From Hormoscilla sp. (GTDB lineage: Bacteria > Cyanobacteriota > Cyanobacteriia > Cyanobacteriales > Desertifilaceae), in contig JBFRWI010000135.1 of NCBI GenBank assembly GCA_051439505.1, positions 32,001 through 96,000 of the forward strand: DNA of 64,000 bases. Direction: 5' to 3'. Each line of letters starts with the position of its first letter. Position 1 is the first letter of the stretch. The notes under the pieces are model-generated. The model searched no databases. It was given only the letters and a program-made list of their open reading frames with translations, and was not told the DNA's origin. A program made the position numbers and the translations under genes. Of the stretch, positions 19,987 to 30,330 are shown one piece after another.

Positions 19987-20523
19987 ATGGTAGGTAATCC
20001 TGACTTTTTAACGGCTGCTGAGGCAGAAAAGGGGCAAGCACCAGCATTCGAGGAACTGCAAAATCCAGAGGGAGAGTTGCACTTGAGGTTTTACATCCCT
20101 TCGGGGGAGGAGTTGGCCCTGAATGCAACTGGGATTAGGGAAGTTCTGTCCCAGTCACCAGACATGATTACGGCGATACCGAACGTTTCTCCCTTGCTAT
20201 TGGGCACCATAAACATACGAGGCCGGGTGATTTGGGTCGCTGACCTGGGTAAGTTTTTAGGGGATGAAGAGCCATTAAATACTGATAGATCGGACATTCC
20301 GGTGATTGCAGTCGAAGATCAAGACACGATGCTGGGATTAGCAGTCGATCGTATAGTGGGAATGGTCTGGCTGGATGTAGAGGAACTGCAAAGACCCAGA
20401 GATGTACCGGATACGATGGAACCATTCCTCAAGGGTGAATGGTTGATAGATAAGGAGAACGATAAATATCTACGGCTGCTAAACCAAGTGGCCCTGCTGC
20501 GATCGGCAAGGTGGGCAGCATAA
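19987..20523 (+). CDS. hmpC: CheW (HmpC/PilI)
   Basis: MVGNPDFL...LLGTINIRGRVIWVADL...LGLAVDRI. Confidence 0.92.
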   Translation: MVGNPDFLTAAEAEKGQAPAFEELQNPEGELHLRFYIPSGEELALNATGIREVLSQSPDMITAIPNVSPLLLGTINIRGRVIWVADLGKFLGDEEPLNTDRSDIPVIAVEDQDTMLGLAVDRIVGMVWLDVEELQRPRDVPDTMEPFLKGEWLIDKENDKYLRLLNQVALLRSARWAA

Positions 20524-20576
20524 AAACAAGGGGGAGAAAAGGCATGGATAAATTGTTGAGCAGGGAGGCGTGGTAG

Positions 20577-23417
20577 ATGGACTATCTACAAGAATACCAA
20601 AAAGCGGAAACAGCATACATGCAGGGGAAATATGAAGAGGCGGCGGAAATTGTCGATCCATTAGTGGAAGATTTCCCATCAGAGCCCAATGCCCATTTAC
20701 TCCGGGGCCACATCTACTGTTATGGGCTACAACAGTATGAGACGGCCCTGGAAGAGTACGAGGAGGTACTGGCGATCGCAACTGAAGAAGTGTTGGTGAA
20801 TTATGCCAACGAAGGGATCGCTTACGCTAGTCAATTTACGACGCAACCAGGCTCGCCGACCGAGTCAGTAGCGCCAGAGTCAGCGGCAGAACTAGATTAT
20901 GCAGAGGTTGACAATCAGCCGTCTAGAGAAAAATGGGAAGAACTACCAGATAGCAGCGACTCAGAAATTGACTTGGAAAGTTTCAATCTCAACGGCCAGA
21001 CAGGTCTTCCGGAGCAATCTTCGGGGTTGACAGGAGATGAAATGTCTGGACCATTTGCTAGCCCCTTTGATGTAGATAGTTACACGGATTTAGACTCAGG
21101 GCCAAAAATAGATCGCGAAGGTGATGAAAATCCCTTTGCTGATTTATCTGAGAGCTACGATCAGCCAGATGATTATAGCCTGAATAATTCAGTAGACATA
21201 TTTGATGAGGAAATCCCAGAACTAGAAGAAAAAACTTTGTTAGCGGCAGCTGACGATATTACTTTCGAGCAAGAAGGTTCAGAGAATTATCAGGATCTAG
21301 GGAAAAATGTATTGTCAAATCAGGTTGACCAGTTACTGCCAGCTTCAGAGCAAGAAAATTATCCAAATACAGCAGAAGCTGAACAAGATCCGCCTTTAAG
21401 ATACCTAGAAGAGGAGGAGTATTCAAGCAATGGTAATGGGAAGTTGCCCTCGACACCGCAAATTTCCCCTAGAGGGGAAGAAAAAACTCTATTTATGCCC
21501 GGGATAGAACCGCTACCAGAGGAGTTTGATGTTGATGCGGATGAGGTACTGGGCAATGGCAACGGCGATAATAAAACTCTATCCGATCCCCAGAAGTATT
21601 CTTTGCCAGACAGTGACGAGATTTTTGATGATGAAGACCCCGATCTCTCAGATGAATTGGCAGATATAGAACCAGAAGAAACATGTGACATCAGCGAGCC
21701 ATTATCCTCCGATAATGGCAGGGTTGATTTCTTGGAAGAATTCGATGTATTTGACGATAATATAGACGAATTTTCTGATTTTACCGATGAGGATACAGAC
21801 ATTCCTGACTCGATCGCCCCACCAACGGAAAGCTCCCAGATAGAGGGCGATATAAATTCCAGCTCTTTGCAGGTAAAAAGTGATATATATGGGAGCGTCG
21901 ATAACTCGGGTATCCTCGATCCAGTAGACATGTTTACCTCTACTGAACAGGTTCGGAATTTCCCGAATACAGTTAAGCAAAAATCGGAACCAGCAGTTTC
22001 AGAGGATCAGGGGTTGTTGGGTTTTTTTAAGAATGCCTCCCTGATCCAAAAACAATTGTACACGGCGATGATTGCTGCTGTAGTATCTGCTCTGTTGGGT
22101 GCGGGTGTGATATATACCACAAAATCAGAAGCTTCAGCTCTGTCAAAGTTATTAATGATTATACTACCAGGAGCTGGTGCTGCTGGCACCACCTATGGTC
22201 TGGGCTGGGTAACATGTCAACAAATAAAGCAGTCTACCGATAACTTACAAGCTCAATGTGAGGCACTTGCCTCACATCAGTTCGGGGCTGAGGCGAAGAT
22301 GTACGGAGAAGATGAACTGGGGCGTCTAGCAGATAGCTTTAACCGGATGGCTCGGAATATTTCGACGACTATGACTGATTCCCTGCGTAGAGCGGCGGAG
22401 CAGGAACAGGCGAAGGAGGATTTGCAGCGTCAGGTGATTCGGCTGCTGGATGATGTAGAAGGTGCAGCTCGTGGAGACCTGACGGTACAGGCGGAGGTGA
22501 CTGCTGATGTTTTGGGTGCGGTGGCAGACTCGTTTAACCTGACAATTCAAAATCTACGGGAAATCGTCCAACGGGTGAAGGAAGCGGCGCGACAAGTCAA
22601 TAGGGGTGCGACTGATAGCTCGGAGTTTGCCAGAAGCTTGTCTTCTGATGCTCTGCGACAGGCCGAAGAGCTAGCGGTAACGCTCAATTCGGTTCAGATG
22701 ATGACTGACTCGATTCAACGGGTGGCAGAAAGCGCTCGTCAGGCAGAAGATGTGGCCCGCTCGGCTGCGACTACGGCTATTAAGGGCGGTGAGGCAGTGG
22801 AACGCACCGTTGAGGGGATCCTGGCGATCCGGGAAACGGTGGCTGAGACGACTCGTAAGGTGAAGCGATTGGCAGAATCTTCTCAGGAGATTTCTAAGAT
22901 TGTGGCCTTGATTTCCAATATTGCTTCCCGGACTAATCTGCTAGCTCTTAATGCCAGTATTGAGGCGGCCCGCGCTGGTGATGCCGGTCGGGGCTTCGCG
23001 ATCGTGGCCGATGAGGTGCGCCAACTAGCTGACCGATCGGCCAAAGCGTCAAAGCAAATTGAGCAGATCGTTTTGCAGATCCAGAGCGAGACCAATGGAG
23101 TCATGCAGGCGATGAGTGAAGGGACCGATCAGGTTATTAAAGGGACTAATCTGGCAAAAGAAGCTGCTACGGCTCTCGAAGAAATCATTCAAATCAATAA
23201 TCGCATCGATGTTCTGGTCCGCTCGATTACGGCTGACACGGTCGAGCAGATTGAAACTTCCCGAGCGGTTGCTCACGTGACTCAGTCAGTAGAACTGACC
23301 GCCCAAGAAACTTCTCAAGAGGCTCAGCGGGTATCGGGCTCTTTAGGAAGCCTGGTAAATGTGGCACGAGACCTATTGACTTCGGTAGATCGCTTCCGCG
23401 TGGAAACAAAAGAATAA
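20577..23417 (+). CDS. hmpD: Methyl-accepting chemotaxis protein with N-terminal TPR (HmpD/PilJ)
   Basis: TPR N-terminus, acidic linker, 2 TM, HAMP (DELGRLADSFNRM), MCP hairpin RTNLLALNASIEAARAGDAGRGFAIVADEVR. Confidence 0.95.
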   Translation: MDYLQEYQKAETAYMQGKYEEAAEIVDPLVEDFPSEPNAHLLRGHIYCYGLQQYETALEEYEEVLAIATEEVLVNYANEGIAYASQFTTQPGSPTESVAPESAAELDYAEVDNQPSREKWEELPDSSDSEIDLESFNLNGQTGLPEQSSGLTGDEMSGPFASPFDVDSYTDLDSGPKIDREGDENPFADLSESYDQPDDYSLNNSVDIFDEEIPELEEKTLLAAADDITFEQEGSENYQDLGKNVLSNQVDQLLPASEQENYPNTAEAEQDPPLRYLEEEEYSSNGNGKLPSTPQISPRGEEKTLFMPGIEPLPEEFDVDADEVLGNGNGDNKTLSDPQKYSLPDSDEIFDDEDPDLSDELADIEPEETCDISEPLSSDNGRVDFLEEFDVFDDNIDEFSDFTDEDTDIPDSIAPPTESSQIEGDINSSSLQVKSDIYGSVDNSGILDPVDMFTSTEQVRNFPNTVKQKSEPAVSEDQGLLGFFKNASLIQKQLYTAMIAAVVSALLGAGVIYTTKSEASALSKLLMIILPGAGAAGTTYGLGWVTCQQIKQSTDNLQAQCEALASHQFGAEAKMYGEDELGRLADSFNRMARNISTTMTDSLRRAAEQEQAKEDLQRQVIRLLDDVEGAARGDLTVQAEVTADVLGAVADSFNLTIQNLREIVQRVKEAARQVNRGATDSSEFARSLSSDALRQAEELAVTLNSVQMMTDSIQRVAESARQAEDVARSAATTAIKGGEAVERTVEGILAIRETVAETTRKVKRLAESSQEISKIVALISNIASRTNLLALNASIEAARAGDAGRGFAIVADEVRQLADRSAKASKQIEQIVLQIQSETNGVMQAMSEGTDQVIKGTNLAKEAATALEEIIQINNRIDVLVRSITADTVEQIETSRAVAHVTQSVELTAQETSQEAQRVSGSLGSLVNVARDLLTSVDRFRVETKE

Positions 23418-23618
23418 TCTCGGTTTGGCCCGATCGGCGTCCGCCGACTTGTGCGGCCAATTTGCCGTTTTATATAGTCATTTAATCACAGAAATAGTCA
23501 AACTGCATAATTTGTCGTCACAGGTAAGACAAGTTTGAGATTTGAGATTTGCTATTGCCTGCACTAGGTCGCTCCCAGGATTTTGGAGCTGGACATCAGT
23601 AGCAAAATTAGTCGAAAG

Positions 23619-23627
23619 TGGTATAAT
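23619..23627 (+). promoter_or_regulatory. Possible extended -10 promoter upstream of cheA/hmpE
   Basis: TGgTATAAT in the 435-bp hmpD-hmpE gap; a 17-bp tandem duplication aataggattaaccgatt lies at 23759-23792. Confidence 0.35.
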
Positions 23628-23852
23628 AAGACAACTGTGGGCCTCTGCGAAGCACTGGTAACAGGTTAAAAGCGGTAGATCGCAAGGGCTAAAAGATGAT
23701 TGTCTACAATTGTCATCAAAGTAGATGAGCTGTGGGAGGTATGTCCTTAAGATAATACAATAGGATTAACCGATTAATAGGATTAACCGATTTGTGTAAA
23801 GGTCACCAAGGAACAATCGGCTGTTGAAAAGAGCAATCAAAGAGGAGAAAAA

Positions 23853-26800
23853 ATGGTAGCGAACTCCAGAGAACTAGAGACTCTAAATGAATTATTTGCC
23901 GGTTTAGAGTCGGAAGAAGAGCTGAGATTTTCACCAGAAAAACATGTAATTAAAGAGGAAGAAATTTCGATAAGCAATAAAATTGAATCGAGTTTTCCTA
24001 GCAAAGAGCGGAGATTGACTAGAGAAGTATTGTCATCCGAAGAATTAGAAATAACGGCCAAAGATATCGAAGAATTGGAGCGAGTGGGTGAGTTAGATAT
24101 TAGCAATATCCAACTCACCACGGAAGATGGTAAATTGCCGTCCCAGAAGGGCCAGAATGCAGAGGGTGCATGGGAAAATTATGGTGAAATGACCGCAGAT
24201 CCAAAAAACGCACCGTTCCGGAAAAATCTACAAGGTAAGAATCCCAACAGCAAAAAGCAAAAATCAGAAAAGTCCGGTTATAAATTGGGTGCGGAACCGG
24301 TAGCTACGCAGTCCCAGACTCTAGCAGAGGCAGAATCAGAGGATTTTGACGATCTGCTGGCGATCGGGGGAACGGACAATGACCAGTCGGAAAATTGGGA
24401 CGTGCTAGAACCTTTGGAAAGTTACTCCTCTCAATCCCAGGAAATAAATGACCTGGAACTAGAGCTGGAGACTCTGGAGACTCCAGAAGATTGGTCAGAT
24501 TTTCAGATGAGTGAGAGTGAGTCGGAAGATGATAGCACGCTAATGCCAGAAGGTTCATTGGAAGCAAAAGAAATGCTCTCGATGGAAGATTTAGACCTGG
24601 GCGACTATTCAGAAAGTGCGCTATCTGAGTTGGAACTGGAGATGTCGGCGGCTCCCGCGACGGGCATGGAGCTAGAGGAACTTTCTTTAGACTCTCTGGA
24701 GGAACTCTCAGCAGAAACAGAACCTGACACTTTACATTTCCAAGGGGAAGAGCCCTCCCGAGAGTCAGGCGCTCAAGCAGAAATGCTCTCGATGGCAGAT
24801 TTAGACCTGGGCGACTCTTCTGAAAGTATGCTATCTGAGTTGGAACTGGAGATGGAGTCGGCTCCCGCGACGGGCATGGAGCTAGAGGAACTTTCTTTAG
24901 ACTCTCTGGAGGAACTCTCAGCAGAAACAGAACCTGACACTTCTATTGACTCGGAAGAGTTGGATATGGATCTATTTTCAGAGTATGGCCAGGAGTCAGA
25001 AGAGGTAGATGAAGCAACATTTGATTCTATCCAGATAGAAACAGAAAATCACACCGTGCCGGAAAAATCAGAGTTGTTACAGGACATAGACTTGGGTGAA
25101 GACTCAGATCTGATGTGGGATTGGGAGGAAAGTGAAGCTGCTGGTGAAAGTGAAATGCCGCCTGACATGGATGGAAATCTGTTGGGATCTGGGCAAAGTA
25201 CAGATGATATTGAAGCAATGCTTTACGATTTTTCCGACACGGCAATGGATGCTACGGAGGAGTTGGCAGATGACTTTGACTTCGATTCGATAGATTTGGA
25301 CTTAGAGCGGGAATTGTTGGGCGATCGCACGACATCGCCCAAGAATGTTACAGCAGCAATGACATCGGCTTTAGATAGTGATGTTTTAGATTGGGACTTG
25401 TTAGGAGATATAGGAGTCGATCTGATAGGGGAACAGACTGACGATATTTCCCTTACGGTAGCAGATGCGGAAACGGTATCGGAAGGGCAAACGCCCCCAT
25501 GGGAAGAGTTGGAGGCTTTACTGGGGTATGAAGAGCCGGCTAGCCTAGGGGATACAGAGAAAGTAGTATTCGATCGACTAGAAGAATTTTTGAATGCATC
25601 GCCAGAAAGTCCGCAAGCAGAGTCGGTCGGAGACTCCGATACAGAATCGGATGTTTCCGGCACGGTAGGAACCAAGAGTTCATCAAAAAATGATGATTTT
25701 GATGAACTCCAAGCACTGTTGGAAGATGCAGACAAGTTGGGTGGGCCTTCGATAAAAAGCAGCAGCATACAGCGGCCACAACAAATGAATAGCCGACCAA
25801 GGCCGATCGAGCAGAATATGAAGGTGCCGATCAAGCAACTGGACAACCTCAGCAACTTGGTCGGGGAATTGGTGGTGAACCGCAATAGTTTGGAGCAAGA
25901 CCAAGACCGGCTACGGACGACTTTGGATAATTTGCTCTATCAGGTGCAGCAACTCAATGATGTGGGCGGGCGCATGCAGGATCTATACGAGCGATCGCTC
26001 CTGGAAGCGTCTCTACTGTCTTCGCGAGCTAGCAACCGAGGGGGTCCGGGGTCTAAGGGAACTGTGTCTAACAATCAACACCATCCGGGAGAAGAATTCG
26101 ATCCGGACGAACTGGACAGTTTTACGGCTTTCCATGAGCTTTCCCAGGAGATGATCGAGCTAATTGTACGGGTGCGGGAGTCGGCTTCTGATATCGAGTT
26201 CATTGTTGATGAAACAGATCAGGTGACTCGCCAGTTCCGGCAGGTAACGACCCAACTGCAAGAGGGTCTGACGCGCACTCGCATGATACCTTTCGCCCAA
26301 ACGGTAGACAAGCTACCACCGGCTGTGAAACGGGTTTGCATGCAGTTGAACAAGCAGGCCCAAATTCAGATAGAAGGTCGGGAAACTCTGATCGACAAGA
26401 TGATCCAAGAGCACCTGTCTGGCCCCATGACCCACCTGATTAATAATGCTATGACTCACGGGGTGGAGTCGCCAGAGGTGCGAGAGACTATGGGCAAGCC
26501 TCCTGTGGGTCAGATTACTGTCCGTGCTTTCCATCAAGGGAACCAGACGGTGATTTCTGTATCGGATGATGGAGCCGGGATCGATGCAGAACGGGTGAAA
26601 AATAAGGGGATAGAGAAAGGGTTGATCTCTCAAGAGGAAGCAAAAACTATCTCCCGTCTAGATCTGTATGACCTGCTTTTCCACCCAGGGTTTAGCACGA
26701 AGGATCAAGTGGATGACTTGGCAGGTCGCGGTGTGGGGTTGGACGTGGTGCGTACTAGCTTGAGGGATATTCGCGGGGCGATCAATATTGATTCTACCCT

Positions 26801-27746
26801 CGGAAAGGGCACTACTTTTACTATCCGGCTGCCTTTAACTCTGAGTATTTCTAAAGCTCTCTGCTGCATTAGCAATTGGGCCAGGATTGCTTTCCCGATG
26901 GATGGTGTGGAAGATATGTTGGATGTGCCCAAAGAGCGGATATCTGTCAATAGCGAAGGTCAATCCTGCATTATGTGGCGGGATATCCAGTTGCCTTTCC
27001 GACCTCTATCAGAACTGCTACAATATAATCGTCAAATCGGTCGCGCTCGGGTGTTTGGCGCCAACGAGGAAGAGGATATTGTTTCGATTGTGGTCCTGCG
27101 CGGTGCTGGTGAATACATTGCCCTCCAGGTGGATCAGGTGCTGGGCGAGCAGGAAATCGTGATCAAGCAGCTGGAAGGCCCGGTACCTAAGCCCATGGGA
27201 GTGGCTGGCGCTACGGTGTTGGGGGATAGTCGGATCATGCCGATCGCGGATGTGCTGGAACTGATTGACCTCTCGAAGGGACGTTCCCCACGGCGGGGAA
27301 CCTGGGATTACGATGCGACTGAAAATATTTCCGAACCACCACAGCTCAAAACTGAGACGACTGTACTGATTGTGGATGACTCAATTACCGTGCGGGAACT
27401 GCTGTCGATGACCTTTAATAAGGCTGGTTACCGGGTGGAACAAGCTCGTGACGGTCAGGATGCTTGGGATAAATTGCGATCGGGTCTGGCTTGTGATATT
27501 ATTTTCTGTGACATGGAAATGCCCAGAATGAATGGTCTCGAACTGCTGGAGCGGCTTCAGAAAGACGAGCACCTCGATCGTATACCTATGGCGATGCTGA
27601 CTTCTCGCGGTGCTGATAAGTACAAGGAAAAGGCGGCTAACTTGGGTGCTAAGGGATATTTCACTAAGCCTTATTTGGAAGAAGCTTTGCTGGAGGCCGC
27701 TCAACAAATGCTTAAAGGCGAAGTCCTCATGAGTGCTGCGAGTTGA
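23853..27746 (+). CDS. hmpE: CheA-like hybrid kinase (HmpE/PilL), no recognisable Hpt domain
   Basis: KVPIKQLDNLSNLVGELVVNR dimerisation region, HATPase (DDGAGID, GRGVGLDVV, GTTF), CheW, C-terminal receiver; about 640-aa acidic N-terminus. Confidence 0.92.
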   Translation: MVANSRELETLNELFAGLESEEELRFSPEKHVIKEEEISISNKIESSFPSKERRLTREVLSSEELEITAKDIEELERVGELDISNIQLTTEDGKLPSQKGQNAEGAWENYGEMTADPKNAPFRKNLQGKNPNSKKQKSEKSGYKLGAEPVATQSQTLAEAESEDFDDLLAIGGTDNDQSENWDVLEPLESYSSQSQEINDLELELETLETPEDWSDFQMSESESEDDSTLMPEGSLEAKEMLSMEDLDLGDYSESALSELELEMSAAPATGMELEELSLDSLEELSAETEPDTLHFQGEEPSRESGAQAEMLSMADLDLGDSSESMLSELELEMESAPATGMELEELSLDSLEELSAETEPDTSIDSEELDMDLFSEYGQESEEVDEATFDSIQIETENHTVPEKSELLQDIDLGEDSDLMWDWEESEAAGESEMPPDMDGNLLGSGQSTDDIEAMLYDFSDTAMDATEELADDFDFDSIDLDLERELLGDRTTSPKNVTAAMTSALDSDVLDWDLLGDIGVDLIGEQTDDISLTVADAETVSEGQTPPWEELEALLGYEEPASLGDTEKVVFDRLEEFLNASPESPQAESVGDSDTESDVSGTVGTKSSSKNDDFDELQALLEDADKLGGPSIKSSSIQRPQQMNSRPRPIEQNMKVPIKQLDNLSNLVGELVVNRNSLEQDQDRLRTTLDNLLYQVQQLNDVGGRMQDLYERSLLEASLLSSRASNRGGPGSKGTVSNNQHHPGEEFDPDELDSFTAFHELSQEMIELIVRVRESASDIEFIVDETDQVTRQFRQVTTQLQEGLTRTRMIPFAQTVDKLPPAVKRVCMQLNKQAQIQIEGRETLIDKMIQEHLSGPMTHLINNAMTHGVESPEVRETMGKPPVGQITVRAFHQGNQTVISVSDDGAGIDAERVKNKGIEKGLISQEEAKTISRLDLYDLLFHPGFSTKDQVDDLAGRGVGLDVVRTSLRDIRGAINIDSTLGKGTTFTIRLPLTLSISKALCCISNWARIAFPMDGVEDMLDVPKERISVNSEGQSCIMWRDIQLPFRPLSELLQYNRQIGRARVFGANEEEDIVSIVVLRGAGEYIALQVDQVLGEQEIVIKQLEGPVPKPMGVAGATVLGDSRIMPIADVLELIDLSKGRSPRRGTWDYDATENISEPPQLKTETTVLIVDDSITVRELLSMTFNKAGYRVEQARDGQDAWDKLRSGLACDIIFCDMEMPRMNGLELLERLQKDEHLDRIPMAMLTSRGADKYKEKAANLGAKGYFTKPYLEEALLEAAQQMLKGEVLMSAAS
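24569..24942. repeat. Intragenic 164-bp direct repeat (period 210 bp) in hmpE
   Basis: 24569-24732 and 24779-24942 encode EMLSMxDLDLGD...LEELSAETEPDT twice. Confidence 0.9.
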
Positions 27747-27922
27747 TGGTTGTCAGTTGCTAGTTGTCAGTTGATGGTTGTCAGCCGAACCGTGCCGGAA
27801 AAATCGGCCATTGTTACATGCACGCGCACGCCCCCCCACCCTCAAGGGTGGGGCTACAATACAAAGCCCGCCTGCGCGGGCTTGATACCGCCAACTTTAA
27901 ATTTGATTAAAAGTACCATATT

Positions 27923-30007
27923 ATGTCGGATTCAAACCAGCAGATAGTCTATCCAGTCAGCCGCAAGGTTGACCAAATCGATTTGCTTCACGGAGTAAAG
28001 GTGCCAGACCCTTATAGATGGCTAGAAGACCCAGACTCGGAAGAAACTAAGGCTTGGGTTGAGGCTCAGAATCAGGGAACTTTTGGTTATCTGGGTGAAA
28101 TTCAAGCCCGGGTGAAGCTTCAGCAGCGACTGACTCAGTTGTGGGATTTTGAAAAATATGGGATTCCTTTTAATCGGGGCGATCGCTATTTTTATTCCCG
28201 CAATAGCGGTCTGCAAAATCAATATGTCCTTTACACTTTGACAGACCTGTCCGGTGAAGCAAGGGTGCTGCTGGACCCGAATACTCTCTCGGATGATGGG
28301 ACGATCGCCCTATCGGGGACGGCGATTACTGAAGATGGGAAGTTAATGGCTTATGGCCTGTCTAGTTCTGGTTCTGATTGGCAAGAATGGCAGGTGCGGG
28401 ATGTGGAAACGGGTGAGGATTTACCAGATTTGATTAAATGGGTGAAGTTCTCGGGCGCATCTTGGACTAAGGATGGTAAGGGCTTTTTCTACAGTCGCTA
28501 CGATGAACCGAATGAAGCGACGAAGTTGGAAGATGTCAATTATTACCAGAAGCTTTATTATCATCATCTGGGTCAACCCCAATCAGAGGACCTGCTAATT
28601 TACGAACGTCCCGACCACAAGGAATGGATGTTTAATGGCAATGTAACTGAGGATGGACGTTATTTAATTATTAGCGTCGGGCGGGGAACAGATCCTAAAA
28701 ATTTGCTTTTCTATCGGGATTTAACTAAACCAGAGGCACCGGTAGTAGAACTGATTGGCGAGTTTGAAGCTAGCTATAGCTTTATCAATAACGATGGCTC
28801 GTTGTTCTGGTTGCAGACTGATTTGGATGCGCCCCGGAGTCGGGTAATTGCTATTGATGTCGATAGCCCCGATCGCGCAAATTGGCAAGAGGTGATCCCC
28901 CAAGCGGCGGAAGTGCTGGAAGATGTGGGAATATTGCATAACCAGTTTGTGGTCAATTACCTGCAAGATGCCCGATCGCTTGTCAAGATTTTCAACTTGG
29001 ACGGGACTTTGGTGCGAGAGGTAAAATTGCCGGGGATTGGTTCTGTGCGGGGATTTTACGGTCAGCGTCACGATCGGGAAACCTTTTACATGTTTACCGG
29101 TTTTACCACGCCGGGAACTATTTACCGCTACGATCTGGTAACGGACGAAAGTACCATCTATCGGCAACCCCAGGTAGATATTTCTTTTGATCCAGCTGAT
29201 TACGAGACGCAGCAGATTTTCTATAGCAGCAAGGATGGGACCAAAGTCCCGATGTTTATCACCCACAAAAAAGGGTTGCAGTTGGATGGGAATAATCCTA
29301 CTTACCTCTATGGCTATGGTGGATTTAATATCTCGCTGACGCCCAATTTCTCCATCTCTAATCTGGTGTGGATGGAGATGGGTGGTGTCTATGCGGTCCC
29401 GAATTTGCGTGGCGGTGGCGAGTACGGTGAGGAATGGCACCAGGCGGGGACGAAGCTACAGAAGCAGAATGTGTTTGATGATTTTATCGCGGCGGCTGAG
29501 TGGCTGATCGATCGCAAATACACTTCATCAGCAAAACTGGCCATTGCTGGCGGCAGTAATGGGGGTTTATTGGTGGGTGCTTGCATGACCCAACGCCCGG
29601 ATCTGTTTGCGGCGGCGCTACCAGCCGTGGGGGTGCTGGATATGCTGCGCTTCCATAAGTTTACCATTGGCTGGGCTTGGTGTTCGGATTACGGTTCTCC
29701 TGACGAGCCCGAGGAGTTTAAGGCCCTTTATGCTTATTCGCCTTTGCATAATCTTAAACCTGGCACGGCTTACCCAGCAACACTGATTACTACGGCAGAT
29801 CATGACGATCGGGTGGTTCCTGCTCATAGTTTCAAGTTTGCTGCGGCTTTGCAGGAGGCCCATGAAGGTGAAAATCCCGTGTTAATCAGAATTGACACTA
29901 AGGCGGGACATGGTGGTGGCAAGCCTACTGCTAAGATTATTGAAGAGATTGCCGATAAGTTTGCCTTTTTGGTGCGGGTGATGGATATGAAAATGGCTAA
30001 TGGCTAA
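27923..30007 (+). CDS. Prolyl oligopeptidase (S9A)
   Basis: DPYRWLED, YGYGGF, RGGGEYG, GGSNGG nucleophile, DHDDRV, AGHG. Confidence 0.96.
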   Translation: MSDSNQQIVYPVSRKVDQIDLLHGVKVPDPYRWLEDPDSEETKAWVEAQNQGTFGYLGEIQARVKLQQRLTQLWDFEKYGIPFNRGDRYFYSRNSGLQNQYVLYTLTDLSGEARVLLDPNTLSDDGTIALSGTAITEDGKLMAYGLSSSGSDWQEWQVRDVETGEDLPDLIKWVKFSGASWTKDGKGFFYSRYDEPNEATKLEDVNYYQKLYYHHLGQPQSEDLLIYERPDHKEWMFNGNVTEDGRYLIISVGRGTDPKNLLFYRDLTKPEAPVVELIGEFEASYSFINNDGSLFWLQTDLDAPRSRVIAIDVDSPDRANWQEVIPQAAEVLEDVGILHNQFVVNYLQDARSLVKIFNLDGTLVREVKLPGIGSVRGFYGQRHDRETFYMFTGFTTPGTIYRYDLVTDESTIYRQPQVDISFDPADYETQQIFYSSKDGTKVPMFITHKKGLQLDGNNPTYLYGYGGFNISLTPNFSISNLVWMEMGGVYAVPNLRGGGEYGEEWHQAGTKLQKQNVFDDFIAAAEWLIDRKYTSSAKLAIAGGSNGGLLVGACMTQRPDLFAAALPAVGVLDMLRFHKFTIGWAWCSDYGSPDEPEEFKALYAYSPLHNLKPGTAYPATLITTADHDDRVVPAHSFKFAAALQEAHEGENPVLIRIDTKAGHGGGKPTAKIIEEIADKFAFLVRVMDMKMANG

Positions 30008-30029
30008 TGGCTAATGGCTAATGGCTAAT
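29992..30029. repeat. STRR heptamer (aatggct)n
   Basis: About 5 tandem copies at the gene end; other heptamer runs at about 44727-44756, 55085-55122, 57158-57185 and 45286-45315. Confidence 0.85.
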
Positions 30030-30116
30030 AGTAGGGTGGTCAAAACCAGTTGGTAGTAGGCTTCACTTTTGACCTCCCCCTACCCCCCATGAGAGGGAAA
30101 AAAAATTATTAAACCC

Positions 30117-30146
30117 TTGACAAGTTCCACTTCCGTTAGCTATACT
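30117..30146 (+). promoter_or_regulatory. Sigma70-type promoter
   Basis: TTGACA-N18-TATACT. Confidence 0.7.
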
Positions 30147-30227
30147 TTATTTAGCAATATTGGTTCATGGGGGCTTGGAAAATCAACGTAACACAAGCCC
30201 AAGCGAAACCAGGGATGCCCGGCCCGG

Positions 30228-30262
30228 ACTGCGCAAAAAGCGCCCTATTTGGGTTAAGCAAC
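30228..30262 (+). CRISPR. Solitary degenerate CRISPR-like repeat downstream of a leader-like sequence (putative mini-array)
   Basis: ACTGCGCAAAAAGCGCCCTATTTGGGTTAAGCAAC resembles cyanobacterial type I-D repeats (ATTGC...CCCTATTAGGGATTGAAAC); no second clear repeat and no cas genes in the window. Confidence 0.4.
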
Positions 30263-30330
30263 GGTTCTGAGGCGTTTTAGCGTAACTCCGGGTCAGGTAA
30301 ATCTCTAATTCGCTCACTTCGACTCCACAA

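Noticed and set aside
25223..25885. Long antisense ORFs inside hmpD, hmpE, the prolyl oligopeptidase gene and other core genes
   Set aside because: Shadow frames of well-supported genes with no independent motifs.
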